Source: Corallochytrium limacisporum Hawaii
Taxonomy: Eukaryota; Protista; Pluriformea
DNA: 64,000 nt
Reading direction: 5' to 3'
Assembly: GCA_002811645.1 (NCBI GenBank)
Contig: PDIP01000032.1
Coordinates: 215,213 to 279,212 of the forward strand
Positions 1-10,364 of this stretch are shown here, in pieces; positions within the stretch are counted from its first letter, which is position 1, and each line of letters starts with the position of its first letter. The position numbers and the translations under genes are program-made. The notes below the pieces were generated by a model, which made no database searches, was not told the origin of the DNA, and saw nothing but the letters and a program-made list of their open reading frames with translations.

Positions 1-1269
1 AATGTTTCCCGCCACAGCGGTCGGGATTCGAATGAATGTGATTTGAATAGATTCGGCCTAATATTATGAGACAGAGGGTGGTATGCCTTTTTTGGGAACC
101 AAAGAGCCGGAAAATGGGAACAAAATTAAAAAAGCCCAATTGGCAGAATGGTGTAGCCTTGCTGCAGAGGATTCACAGACACACGCTCCGGGGGGACGGC
201 AATGTGTGTAGGATTGCAAACAGGGCTCCCAACCGTGTACCATGCCTGGTCCTCACGGGAGAGGTAGACGGACGGTTGACCGCAAATACACACACGTCCG
301 TACGCGCATCGCTTTATTGAGCTGATATCAACCGGTTGAGTCAGGCTCACTGAGAACAGGTGTTTCCTATACCAACACTGCAAATTGGTATGCACAAGCG
401 GTCCAGGACATGAGGCGTACACAGATGTGCGATGCGAATGGCTGATGACCGCGACCGCCGATGTGTGAGAAAACGCGAAATAAAATCCCCCCCTCCCGGG
501 GGGGGGGCCTCCTTCCTCGGTGCGGTTGACAACAAAATGCTGAGACAAATGAACTAAAACCCGACGTCCCTGTCAGGAGCTGAGTGTAAGACGGGAAAAA
601 CAAGAAGGAAAAGAAGCCAACTCCACGGTTCCTCCCCTCTCCGTGGACTGACGCACTCGTGGGTATTGCGACCTACTGTCATTGTCATTAACTTACCGGG
701 ATGACGTTTTGTCCGCAAATGGCCTGGTCTGCCCCAAAGTCGCTCGGTTTCTGCTTCTTCGTCCTAGCGCTGTGCTCAGTGAACAGTGTGGATCTCCACT
801 TTCCCAGTCCTCCTGGACTTGCCGCGTTACACCCCCACAACAAAGGCGGGAGAGAGCTCGGGATCGCAACCTCTTGGCATTTTGCATGAATGTGTGTACC
901 GTGGGCAACCCCTCATCCTCCTCCTCCGACCTGTGCGACTACTGGGACTACGATATCTATGGAGTTTTTACGCCCAGGTCTGAGAATGGTGCGGAACGCC
1001 ACCCCCCCCGGGTTTCCCTCCCCGTCTCTGCCTGGCACGAAATGCTGGCAGTTAAATGGGGAGCCGGAGAGTCACACGCGAAAGACCTGAAGGATTCGCG
1101 GTGAGGGATGTTCTCTGGGTGGGCCACCGATGCAGTTGATGCAGCTCCATGGGTACTTGAATCTCTTAACCGTTCCGCATGACCGGTGTTGTTTCTCTTG
1201 AATGACATAGACCCAATGGATCTGGAGCTTGCATAGAACCACCTTGCAATCCACAACAACACCGACACT

Positions 1270-3687
1270 ATGATGTTGAAGACGAGTCTCTCGCAGAGGA
1301 CTCAGTCTCCGGTCCCGCGCAGGACACTCGGCGACGACAGTGACCTTAATCCTCTCGACTTTTCCGATTTCAGCTATACTCAAAGCGACGAGACCGAAAT
1401 TGCGGAAATTGTGGTTACCCACGATCCTTCATTGACTAACTGGATGGGCAGTATTCACCCCTGCGGATCCCTCTACGAGAAGCCTGTAGACATTGACAAA
1501 GCCCGCGAAGAACACTTGACGTGGCGTGCAGAGTTGGAAAGCCGTGGCTGTGTAGTACTCACCATCCGTGACATTCTGCTCTACAACTGTGAGGAGGACG
1601 TCAAAGCACGTGTGCAGCTAGAAGAGTTTGCCTCCAAGTGCATTGAGTACAAATTGGCTGAGGGGGATCCGGCCAATCTTTCGGAAGACGATCGGTACTA
1701 TCTCTCTGAGGAATACAAGCAGTTCTGTGTGGAGACCATGAGCAATGAGCAGTTAGCAGATATTTGCTTGACGTATCCCACAGTCGAGCTTGTTAAGGCT
1801 GACCAAGATACGAATGTCCTGGCAAGGAAGTACAGCTTTGATCCCCTAGTAAACCTCGTGTTTACACGCGATCAGGCCATTACCACACGAAAGGGTATAG
1901 TTATGGCCTCCTTAAACAGCAAACTGCGCCAGAAGGAGGTTGATCTGGTCGAGTTCTGCTACAGAAAGATGGGCTTCGGTGTGATCGGTAGGGTGCCAAG
2001 GCCGGGAACGCTAGAGGGAGGTGACTTCTACCCGTGCGGTAAGGATTTGTGCATGGTCGGTGTCGGTCTACGATCCAATGAGACTGCTATTCGCTACCTT
2101 ATGGACAACGATCTCTTGGGTACACGCCGGGTGGCTATTGTTAAGGACTATTTTGACTACCAGCAGCAGCGTATGCATCTGGATACAATCTGCAACATTG
2201 TGGGACCGCGTCTGATGACGATTCTGGAGACGACTTTGGGCGAGACTAGCCCGCTACGTCGTCTGGTTGACGAGTACACCCAGGGACCGAATGGCAAGTA
2301 CGTCTGTACGCGCCACGACATCGAATACGAACGCTATCTGATTGAGAATGGCTGGACTTTAATCCGCCTCAGTGACCAGAATCAGCGTGACTACGGTTGC
2401 AACGGTCTGAACCTAGGCAACAATACCTTTTTGTCTCCAGATCTACCTACAGCTAAGAAGATGGCCCGCGACAACAATTATGATGGCGTGATTGTGCCCA
2501 TTTCCTTCACCAACATGGTGACCATGTACGGTAGCCTGCACTGCTGCTCGCAGGTCGTCAGCCGCAGACCACAGATTATCGGGAACAAGGGTGGCCAGAA
2601 ACTGCTCGCCCTCGAAAATACTGGTGAAGATTACTTTGATGAACACAGTGCGCGGTCCATTGCGGAACACTATCACGGCGCTGTGACCCACCGTTTTCTG
2701 ATTATTGCACCGAATCACTTTGACATTGACCAATGGAGTCTGGAGGAAAGCAGTCTGGACCGCACCGCAAAGCTTAAGAAGGTTTTGATCAGCCCGAGTC
2801 AGCGTCGTGAACTGCGTGAAAAGATCCTTAAAGAAATTGCCGGTCTGCACAAGATTTTAACTGTGGATCTCGGTGCTGAGGTATTCCTCAAGTCTCACAC
2901 TGCCTTCGATGAGACACCGCGCGCCGTTTTCGTGGGAGACTGGTTCTCTACTCACCACGAGGGAGAAACGGGAGAATCTACTTTGGTTCTCTACTCCATG
3001 TACTCACGGGGCCGACGAGGAGAGCGCAGGAAAGATCTACTTGATCTTCTCAAGGGAATGTACCATAAGGTGGTCAACCTTTCCCCTTGTGAAAGGGGCA
3101 CCGTTGAGTACAGTTCAGACCTGGAAACTGGGGCGGATGATGGCCAAGACAATGCCCAGTTTGCCCTCGAGCGTGCAGCACTGATTCTCGACCGGTCACG
3201 GAAGGTCGCCTACGGAGCTCTGAGCATCCGCTGCAACGAGAAGGTGGCTAATCTGTGGGCCGACACCCTGAGATACGATATGTGCACTTTCGACTGGAAC
3301 ACAGAGCTCGTTAAGGAGGGTCGTGCAAGTTTCATGCATACTGAGTACGTCCTATTCATTGGTCAAGAGATTAGCATTGTTTGTTTCGAAGCCATTGCTG
3401 AGAAGGATCGCAACAAAGTTCTTGAGAGCCTCGAAGCACGCGGCAAACCTGTGCTGGAAATCAACTTCAAACAGTGTCTGCAGTACTGTGCAAATGCTAT
3501 CGAGGCAAAGAACAAGCAGGAAGCGGCCGCCCTTATCATGTCAACGCGGGCCTTGAGTGCGTTTAGCGAGGAACAGCTAATGATTCTTGAACAGGCCTAC
3601 GGTGATCGCATTCACCCATGTGATATGACTACTCTGGAGGATTACTCAGGACGCAGTGTAGGTGGCTGCCTTGCCAGCCTTTATTAA
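1270..3687 (+). CDS. Arginine deiminase (N-terminal) fused to a degenerate amidinotransferase/CtlX-like domain (C-terminal), 805 aa
   Basis: ADI motifs NLVFTRDQ, LEGGDF, RMHLD and YGSLHC are intact. The C-terminal half has AVFVGDWFST, LILDRSRKVAYGALS, MHTEYV, YCANAIE, LIMSTRA and LEDYSGRSVGGCLA, colinear with CtlX/DDAH-like pentein motifs. Confidence 0.88.
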   Translation: MMLKTSLSQRTQSPVPRRTLGDDSDLNPLDFSDFSYTQSDETEIAEIVVTHDPSLTNWMGSIHPCGSLYEKPVDIDKAREEHLTWRAELESRGCVVLTIRDILLYNCEEDVKARVQLEEFASKCIEYKLAEGDPANLSEDDRYYLSEEYKQFCVETMSNEQLADICLTYPTVELVKADQDTNVLARKYSFDPLVNLVFTRDQAITTRKGIVMASLNSKLRQKEVDLVEFCYRKMGFGVIGRVPRPGTLEGGDFYPCGKDLCMVGVGLRSNETAIRYLMDNDLLGTRRVAIVKDYFDYQQQRMHLDTICNIVGPRLMTILETTLGETSPLRRLVDEYTQGPNGKYVCTRHDIEYERYLIENGWTLIRLSDQNQRDYGCNGLNLGNNTFLSPDLPTAKKMARDNNYDGVIVPISFTNMVTMYGSLHCCSQVVSRRPQIIGNKGGQKLLALENTGEDYFDEHSARSIAEHYHGAVTHRFLIIAPNHFDIDQWSLEESSLDRTAKLKKVLISPSQRRELREKILKEIAGLHKILTVDLGAEVFLKSHTAFDETPRAVFVGDWFSTHHEGETGESTLVLYSMYSRGRRGERRKDLLDLLKGMYHKVVNLSPCERGTVEYSSDLETGADDGQDNAQFALERAALILDRSRKVAYGALSIRCNEKVANLWADTLRYDMCTFDWNTELVKEGRASFMHTEYVLFIGQEISIVCFEAIAEKDRNKVLESLEARGKPVLEINFKQCLQYCANAIEAKNKQEAAALIMSTRALSAFSEEQLMILEQAYGDRIHPCDMTTLEDYSGRSVGGCLASLY

Positions 3688-4037
3688 AGTCGAAATAACT
3701 CCTTGGATGGTACTATCCATCCAGTCTTCCTGTGTACTGACTGTCAAGTTTAAGCATCATCTCCCAGTCTACCATCTCATTTGGTTTGACGGTCGAGTGC
3801 TAGGCCCAGGACCGGCGGTGCGGAGACAGCTCGCCCTACCACCGGAGCTCGTGTAGAGCGATAATGTTCAGGGTACCCAACACCTAAACTTCCGTAATAA
3901 ATGCAGATTGGTGATTGCAACATGTCTTTGGTTTTGAATAGTAGATTCATGGTTCTCACCAATCTTGCTCCATTGAACTACATTAATATACATACAACAA
4001 AGGCTATTGTTAAGTTGTGCGCCGGATTCTCTGCGGT

Positions 4038-4922
4038 TCACTTCCTATCCTTCTTGGATTTCTTGCTCTTTTTGTCCTTTTTGTCCTTCTTGCTCTTCTT
4101 AGACTTCTTGTCCTTCTTGGACTTCTTTCCACTACTGCTACCTTCGTCAGCTTTCTCAGCGGCCTGAATACCGTTCTCTTCAGTGGTGCTGACCTTTCGT
4201 CGCTTTGTGGACTGATGATCATCATCGTCCTCTTCAATATGCGGCAGCGCCTGACCTGTGGTAACAACTCGGGGCACCGTCGGTGTGTCGTCCGCGTCAT
4301 TGAGAGCACCACTGGCACCATCCGTTGCAATGTATGGCACAGTCTTATGCATTTCACTGCTGCCATCCTCGAGTAAATGGGGTAGACATCCCGTGCCATC
4401 CGCGAGCATGCTCCCGCGCAGTGCAATGATACCAGACACTTTCTCCACTCCGACAACTGCAAAGACCACATGACTGCCGACACCTATGCTAACGTCCTTG
4501 GCTTCCGTGTCGAACCAGCACTGCCGCTGTTCGTCGTACTGGAACGCATCCGCAATGTTCTGGGGACTGATGCTTGCATTGAAGAAGTCATACACCAGCA
4601 GACCCAAATGATCCCTAGATACACGCTTAACTTCACCAATGAGGCGCTGGTCCCGGTCTGGTGTGAACATTAGCGCCTTGAAATCTGTGGTGACAACTGC
4701 GGCCGGATGTGTGCCGAAAACCATTGCTGTCGGTTCCACGAGCTTGACGTCCTCGTAGGCAATAATAGATCCACCTAGTTCGTAGTTAAACTCAAAGAGC
4801 AGTTCATTCAGGGCATGGTAAACACCTTCCTTCTCACGGCCATGGAGATATGCGGGGGGAATCTCAATCGCCCGCCGGAGTTTAACCATGTGGAAGACAG
4901 AGTCCCGCTTCTTGCCTTCCAT
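4038..4922 (-). CDS. RPA43: RNA polymerase I subunit RPA43 (Rpb7-like)
   Basis: IEIPPAYL...LNELLFEFNYELGGSIIAY and RLIGEV...DHLGLLVYDFFNASI match RPA43; Lys-rich nucleolar-type tail (KKSKKDKK repeats). Confidence 0.88.
   Translation of the reverse strand: MEGKKRDSVFHMVKLRRAIEIPPAYLHGREKEGVYHALNELLFEFNYELGGSIIAYEDVKLVEPTAMVFGTHPAAVVTTDFKALMFTPDRDQRLIGEVKRVSRDHLGLLVYDFFNASISPQNIADAFQYDEQRQCWFDTEAKDVSIGVGSHVVFAVVGVEKVSGIIALRGSMLADGTGCLPHLLEDGSSEMHKTVPYIATDGASGALNDADDTPTVPRVVTTGQALPHIEEDDDDHQSTKRRKVSTTEENGIQAAEKADEGSSSGKKSKKDKKSKKSKKDKKDKKSKKSKKDRK
4043..4128 (-). repeat. Coding low-complexity repeat encoding (KKSKKD)n in the RPA43 tail
   Basis: Recurrent tccttctt/gacttctt units on the + strand. 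Confidence 0.7.
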
Positions 4923-5820
4923 GATGGATGTGTTTACGAAAACGTCGTGATCTGTTGAAGCACAGTCTTGTTCCTATTTGCCATTCCGTTTATGGCCCGA
5001 CCATAGTTTAGTATGATCACCTAAGTCCCTCTCCTGTTGCCCGAAGTTACCTTCTAGGGTCACGTGTTGCACGATTTCGTTTACGTGTCTAGCTCAATCT
5101 TGCTAATTGATACTTGTTTCAAGTGAAGAGATTGTGGTCTTCAAGTAAGTCTAATTTACTCTCATCACGATATCACTTGAAAGCACAAAACGATCGGCAC
5201 CTTTGGACATGGCGTGTTTCCACATTCCAATCAGACAAAGCAAGCAGTCTAAACTCAAGTTGCGCAGATGGTGGCGGGTTCGCAAGGGAGCCCCACTTCC
5301 ATGTGGTGGGTTTCTTTGGAGGGGGGAATCATGAGCGACTCGCCTGTGCCCACCCGGGCGAGAAAATGGACTCCCCTCACCCCCATAAACTTTTCACGGT
5401 ATGTTAGGGAAGTGGGCGATTCCTACCGCTGTCGGAAGTGGGCGTATCACTGAGTGTTGGGAGAGCTGAAGAATGGTGATGCACACCGACAGAGGTAGCA
5501 AACGGGGTCAAAGGGACACTGACAAAGCCCGCGAAACGCATAGGTGATTTGGAGGGGGGTAGCACACTTACTATCCGCCAGTCAGGCCCTGGGAGATGTT
5601 ACCGCTGACGACAGTGGAAAGAAGATTACGTGCACAAACCGAGAACAACTCCAGTAGGAAACACGGAAATGAGGAAGGAACGGAGCGGACTCCCCAGCTG
5701 CGGGTGCAAGAAAAAAGTGGTGGAGATTCATATTGTTCCTTCTTGACAATGTGGCCTGATCAATGAAATTCCCACATGTCAAAAATTGCAAAGTATCACG
5801 TAGGGTCACAGCACCCGCGT

Positions 5821-5936
5821 ATGTTCCGAAGAGATCAGTCCCCGACATCTCTTTTTAGGATACAGCTACACAAGTCTTCAGGACAACTTGATGTACAAGT
5901 CAATATTCCGTAGAGATCAGTCAAAACGTCTCTTTT
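5821..5936. repeat. Two imperfect direct repeats of ~35 nt, 82 nt apart
   Basis: atgttccgaagagatcagtccccgacatctctttt (5821-5855) versus atattccgtagagatcagtcaaaacgtctctttt (5903-5936). Confidence 0.7.
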
Positions 5937-6179
5937 CGCAACATGGTTACCAGAAATCTGTTGTCAGATGATGCACCTACGCCTAAAGGCTAAGGATGGC
6001 TGATGATGTTGGGTCCTCCGCGGAGTCTACATATAGGGGTGCTTATGATCCTTTGGGTTGGGTCGTGTGTATTGGGAGGGATTTCACACACCATGCGATC
6101 GAACAGAACATAAGGCTTGGCCAGGAGTAGGCACAGATTGCTGACCTCGGGCCGTACCATTTTGTGCGTGAACGGGGAT

Positions 6180-6216
6180 TCTCGTTTAGTGCATAGAATC
6201 TCGTTTAGTGCATAGA
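6180..6216. repeat. Perfect 18-nt tandem duplication
   Basis: tctcgtttagtgcataga at 6180-6197 and 6199-6216. Confidence 0.9.
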
Positions 6217-6644
6217 TTGATCCGTTACAAACTGGTTCAGCAGAGTCTGCTGCCGCAGTAACAGATGTCAGAGGATGTGGGAGTTGTAATTCTATTCCGG
6301 ATGACGCAGGAGGAGCGCGGCAGGATTTGGAGGGGTACACACTTTACTTCCCGACGGAGAGTTTTGATTCGATGCTTGCCGTTGCGACGTTTCGGTTTCT
6401 TGGGGAAGCTCCGGATTCCTCCCAATATAAATTGTACTACATTGTGAAAAACTCGATGAGAAATCCTTGACTGCCCACTCTCCCCCTCTCTCCCTCCTCC
6501 CGCCTCCCCCGGTGTTGAACGTCAAAGGGCAGGTGGCCAAGGAGGCTGTGTCTCCAGTGACTCCAAGGCCGTGACCAATGAAAATGTGGAAATACGCACC
6601 TGACGGGAAATAGAAGAACCGTATCAGTACTAGGTACGATATGC

Positions 6645-6787
6645 GGTGGTGGAACGGAGATTAGCGGAGCCCCTGCTGTGAGCTGCGTCTGTCAGCGAAC
6701 CACATCGGCAGGGCGGCTGTGACTGCGCCATTCGCAAGCTGCAGAGCGTAGTTTCGGCGCTCGAAATCCCGGAGATCCGTCGCCACC
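6645..6787 (+). ncRNA. Candidate structured RNA (multi-stem junction), family unknown
   Basis: Manual pairing gives an outer stem 6645-6658/6776-6787 enclosing three hairpins. No convincing ORF here and no recognised family motif. Confidence 0.25.
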
Positions 6788-8605
6788 ATCTTTGAGAACT
6801 ATGCAATTGCGGCGGCATCAAGCAGCAGCCAGCACGTAAGGCTTTCGTTTCCCCGTTAAGAGTCAGCTCTCTTCCCTCGTCCCCCCCCCTTCCCGGTCGG
6901 GCGGAATTCTTGCCAAATGGTTCCTGCCATAGTAATGGAACTAAGGAAATTCTTTGTACTGGAAAGGCTAGCCGCACGGCGGCGAGAAGAAAAGAAAAGA
7001 AGAGAGGGGAGGGTGGGAGAGACCCCGGAGGAAAACGGCGCAGAATTGGGAGTGGGGGGGCGACGGGGGAGGGAGAAGGAACGAAGCACACACGGGGACG
7101 CGTCTAGGATGTCGTCCGTATCAGCAGGCAACCGAGGTCACCACTACCACTAACACTCTGAGTATTTTGGTAGGGGACACAGTCGAATACTTGGTACGTA
7201 CACATAGCGCAAGGAACTTAGGATGGGTGTATTTGATATCAGTAGGTCTGTCTCTCTCGAGTCCCAAGCGTGTTGGGTTTTTATCCATGTATTTGTTGGG
7301 GGTACTCCAAAAGGTAAGCCGAGAAGAGACCGATGGCTAAAGTTGGCGGCAAGGAGGATAATTGCTCTGACTTTCGTTACTTTGGGATAGATTTCCTGCA
7401 TCCTCTGGTATTCATTTGTTTCTGTGTAAGCATCTCCCTCGGATTCAAGTGTACGATGTGCTGTCACCTCAATTTCCCTGGTGTTGGCACCAGTTCTTCA
7501 ACGCATGATGTCAATATCTGGACAATGCAGACCTCACTCCATGAATACCAAAGCAACAATCGTAATTTCCTGCTAGGAATAGGTTTGGGGAAGAGGACGG
7601 CAGGCGATGCGCGATCCGATAACCACCAACCCAATAACAATTAGCCCCCGGACAGCGGTTCAAACATCACCAGGTAAATCAGGGAGGAAATTGCTGCCGA
7701 TTCTGCGCACTGTGTCCGGAGGAATGTCCCCGTGGGTGGGGCATGGCCCCCGGAGGGGAGAGAAAGAAGCCGAAGAGTGGCGAGAAGGGGGCGGCAGGTG
7801 GAGAAGGAGGGAGGGATGAATGAACTGCGGAACCGTCTGACAGTCGCGGTCGGGGGGTTTGGGGCTCTCGTCTTCTTATCCCTCTCCACGCTCCCATTGT
7901 TTTCCGCCTGGTTTCATGCGATTGCTCCTTTGCATGAATCATTTTTCTAGCAACCAGATGAAGCGGCCAAAAAACTTCGAAATCTTGGTCATCGGTGTAG
8001 GTCTCTCACACGCTTACACAGCTCTCAAGACGACTCTTCTCCACGCCCACAAACGCGCTCTCCTAACCTCAGTTCAATACCTCTTTTGAGAGGGGAAAAA
8101 CCACGGACGCGTCGCGGTGAGGAAGACAGGCAAGCCTCTATCTGAAGGGGGAAGGGGGGGGGGGAATCCGCGATAGAGGGAACTTGGAGAGCCCCCCCCG
8201 GCCGGGGGGGGGGGAAACGGTGAAACTTTGTAACCGATTCTTCGGCACGAACGGGAGCGTGAACCGTGGTGCTTATGTCTTGTGCACAGACAGTCGGTTG
8301 CTTGTTTTAGCGGGATCTGCACAACTGTGTATGTAATTTGTCAACGGCTGCTGACTGACGTTGCGCACGAACAGAATGGTTGTAAGTCTGAAGTGCCTAG
8401 AAGCGTAGGGGTACAAAAGACCAAGGAATCCATCTCTAGAAGTGGAAGGGCACCTATACATAGTTTTGTGTGGAAAGGGAGTGCCTGTCGTAGTTCTGTC
8501 TTATGATGTATGTATAATATACCTTAGCATCCGAGTAATTGTGCAACTAGTAGCAACAATAATGCCTTAAGCACTGGGAAAGTTGGTAGTTCTGACACAA
8601 CCACC

Positions 8606-10186
8606 ATGAGCAAAAAACGCGACTCCAACAATAGTATCACTACGATGCCTCCCCCTACTGGGGACATCGAGGCCGTAGAGAGTGAGACACAGCCTCTACT
8701 CTCGAAAATGGTAAATCGGCGGCATCAATCTCTTGTTGACTTGGAAAACAATGGCTACGGCAGCAGTGGATCAAGCAGCAGCAGCGTCGAAAGAGTCTTG
8801 CTGAAGGGCGCCATGGCACCGTTGCCGTGGGTCCTCCTTCGGGCCATCTGCAGCGCAGCTATGGGTTCGGTTGTATTTGGTTTCGGTCTCAGTTTCAGTG
8901 CGCCGGTGTTAGAAGGTCTCAGCAAGACATACGAACTGGACGACGCCACCAAAGCCATGTTCGGATCCTTCAGTCTTCTGGGACAGACCGTCGGGGCGTT
9001 GACCGCTGAACTGCCGATGGATCGCTACGGCCGGACGCGTGCACTGATGATGACCTTAGTGCTCATGGCCGCGAGCTACTCTGCGATAGCAATGAGCCAG
9101 GATTTTCTCACCGCTTTGGCTGGTCGCACACTGACGGGATACTGCAATGGACTGATCAGCAGCATCGTCCCGACCTATGTCACTGAAGTTGTCCCCATTA
9201 GTCGGAGAGGCAATCTGTCGTCAATCTGTCAAACCGCTTGCACATTTGGTATATTTGTGGCCTATACGGTCGGTGGCAATATGAGTTGGCGCATGACCGC
9301 CGGAGTCGGGTCCCTGCTTTCTATGATTGGACTCGTAGCCGTCTACAACTTTAGCCCAGAGTCACCGATTTTCCTTTGCGCGAAGGGCGACGAAGAGGGA
9401 GCAACTGCCGCAGAGCGCCGGCTGGGCATGGAAGGGTGGATCGATTACGGTACTCTGGAGCATGACAGTCGAGACCACCGTTACGGATTCAAAGCCACGT
9501 TCGGCGACAAAAGAATGTGGCGCGTCACCACCCTGGCCTTTGTCCTACCGTTCTTGCTCGCGTGCATGGGCATCAGTCCCCTGCTCTCATACACTGCGAC
9601 GCTATTCAAACAGACCGGTCTGGCAGACCCGGCGTTGGCTGAGAGCCTGCTGGGTCTGCTGAAAATGTTCTCATCGTTCTTTGCGCTGGGACTACTCGAC
9701 CGCCTGGGTCGGAAGGCCTTTTTTGGCGCAGCCTGCCTTGGCTGTTTCCTGTCCCTAAGCTACCTCGCGTTCTACTTCCACAACATGGGCGACGCGTTCC
9801 AGGGCATGGACGGAGACGTTATCCTCCGCGACTCTAACGGTAATCCTCGAGTCCCGGAATGGCAGCACTCTGCTGCAGTGGTAGCCGTGTTTACGTACAT
9901 GTTCTTTTTCTCCGGCGGGGCGGGATCTGTACCCATCACTTTGATGTCAGAGATCTCACCGACTCGTGCCCGGAGTGTAATCATGTCGACCAGTGCTTCT
10001 TTCAGTTGGTTCATGTCGTTTCTGTTGACACTGAGCTATCCACTGGTGGCTGGTGCGTTTAGTCCGTTCGTCTGCTTTGCATTTTTCGCCGCGGATGCCC
10101 TGTTCCTGTTCTTCTTTGTGCTCGTGGTACTGCCAGAGACCAAAGGAAAGTCTTCTGCCGCAATTGAGCGAATCATGTGTCGTTAG
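8606..10186 (+). CDS. MFS sugar-porter family transporter (GLUT8/Tret1/ERD6-like)
   Basis: About 12 hydrophobic segments; MDRYGR, GRTLTG, PTYVTE, PESP, LDRLGRK and LPETKGK motifs; N-terminal dileucine ETQPLL. Confidence 0.93.
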   Translation: MSKKRDSNNSITTMPPPTGDIEAVESETQPLLSKMVNRRHQSLVDLENNGYGSSGSSSSSVERVLLKGAMAPLPWVLLRAICSAAMGSVVFGFGLSFSAPVLEGLSKTYELDDATKAMFGSFSLLGQTVGALTAELPMDRYGRTRALMMTLVLMAASYSAIAMSQDFLTALAGRTLTGYCNGLISSIVPTYVTEVVPISRRGNLSSICQTACTFGIFVAYTVGGNMSWRMTAGVGSLLSMIGLVAVYNFSPESPIFLCAKGDEEGATAAERRLGMEGWIDYGTLEHDSRDHRYGFKATFGDKRMWRVTTLAFVLPFLLACMGISPLLSYTATLFKQTGLADPALAESLLGLLKMFSSFFALGLLDRLGRKAFFGAACLGCFLSLSYLAFYFHNMGDAFQGMDGDVILRDSNGNPRVPEWQHSAAVVAVFTYMFFFSGGAGSVPITLMSEISPTRARSVIMSTSASFSWFMSFLLTLSYPLVAGAFSPFVCFAFFAADALFLFFFVLVVLPETKGKSSAAIERIMCR

Positions 10187-10364
10187 GGTGCAAACCTAGA
10201 CACCGTCTTCCAGCCTGTGTGTCTTTGTTCTTTCTGTTCTTGTAACATAAGTGTATTAGTTTTGATGTGTTTTCAGTGTTTGTTTATACCATTACATTGT
10301 TTGATTTTGTTGAGTCAGTTTGTTTTGCTCGTGTTTGTTGTTGACGCCGTGTCTGACTTCTCCT

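Noticed and set aside
22-33. tRNA T-loop-like strings (gggattcgaa here; ggttcaatccc near 23707)
   Set aside because: No flanking T-stem pairing or cloverleaf.
682-1268. ORFs upstream of the ADI gene as a possible arginine attenuator peptide
   Set aside because: No similarity to known attenuator peptides; non-ATG starts or non-protein-like composition.
6664-6782. Resemblance to cobalamin riboswitch (GCCCCTGCTGTGA; AATCCCGGAGATCCGTC), hammerhead core and RNase MRP conserved regions
   Set aside because: Required elements (GGGAA/T-loop stem, CUGANGA, GARAR loop, correct region order) are absent.
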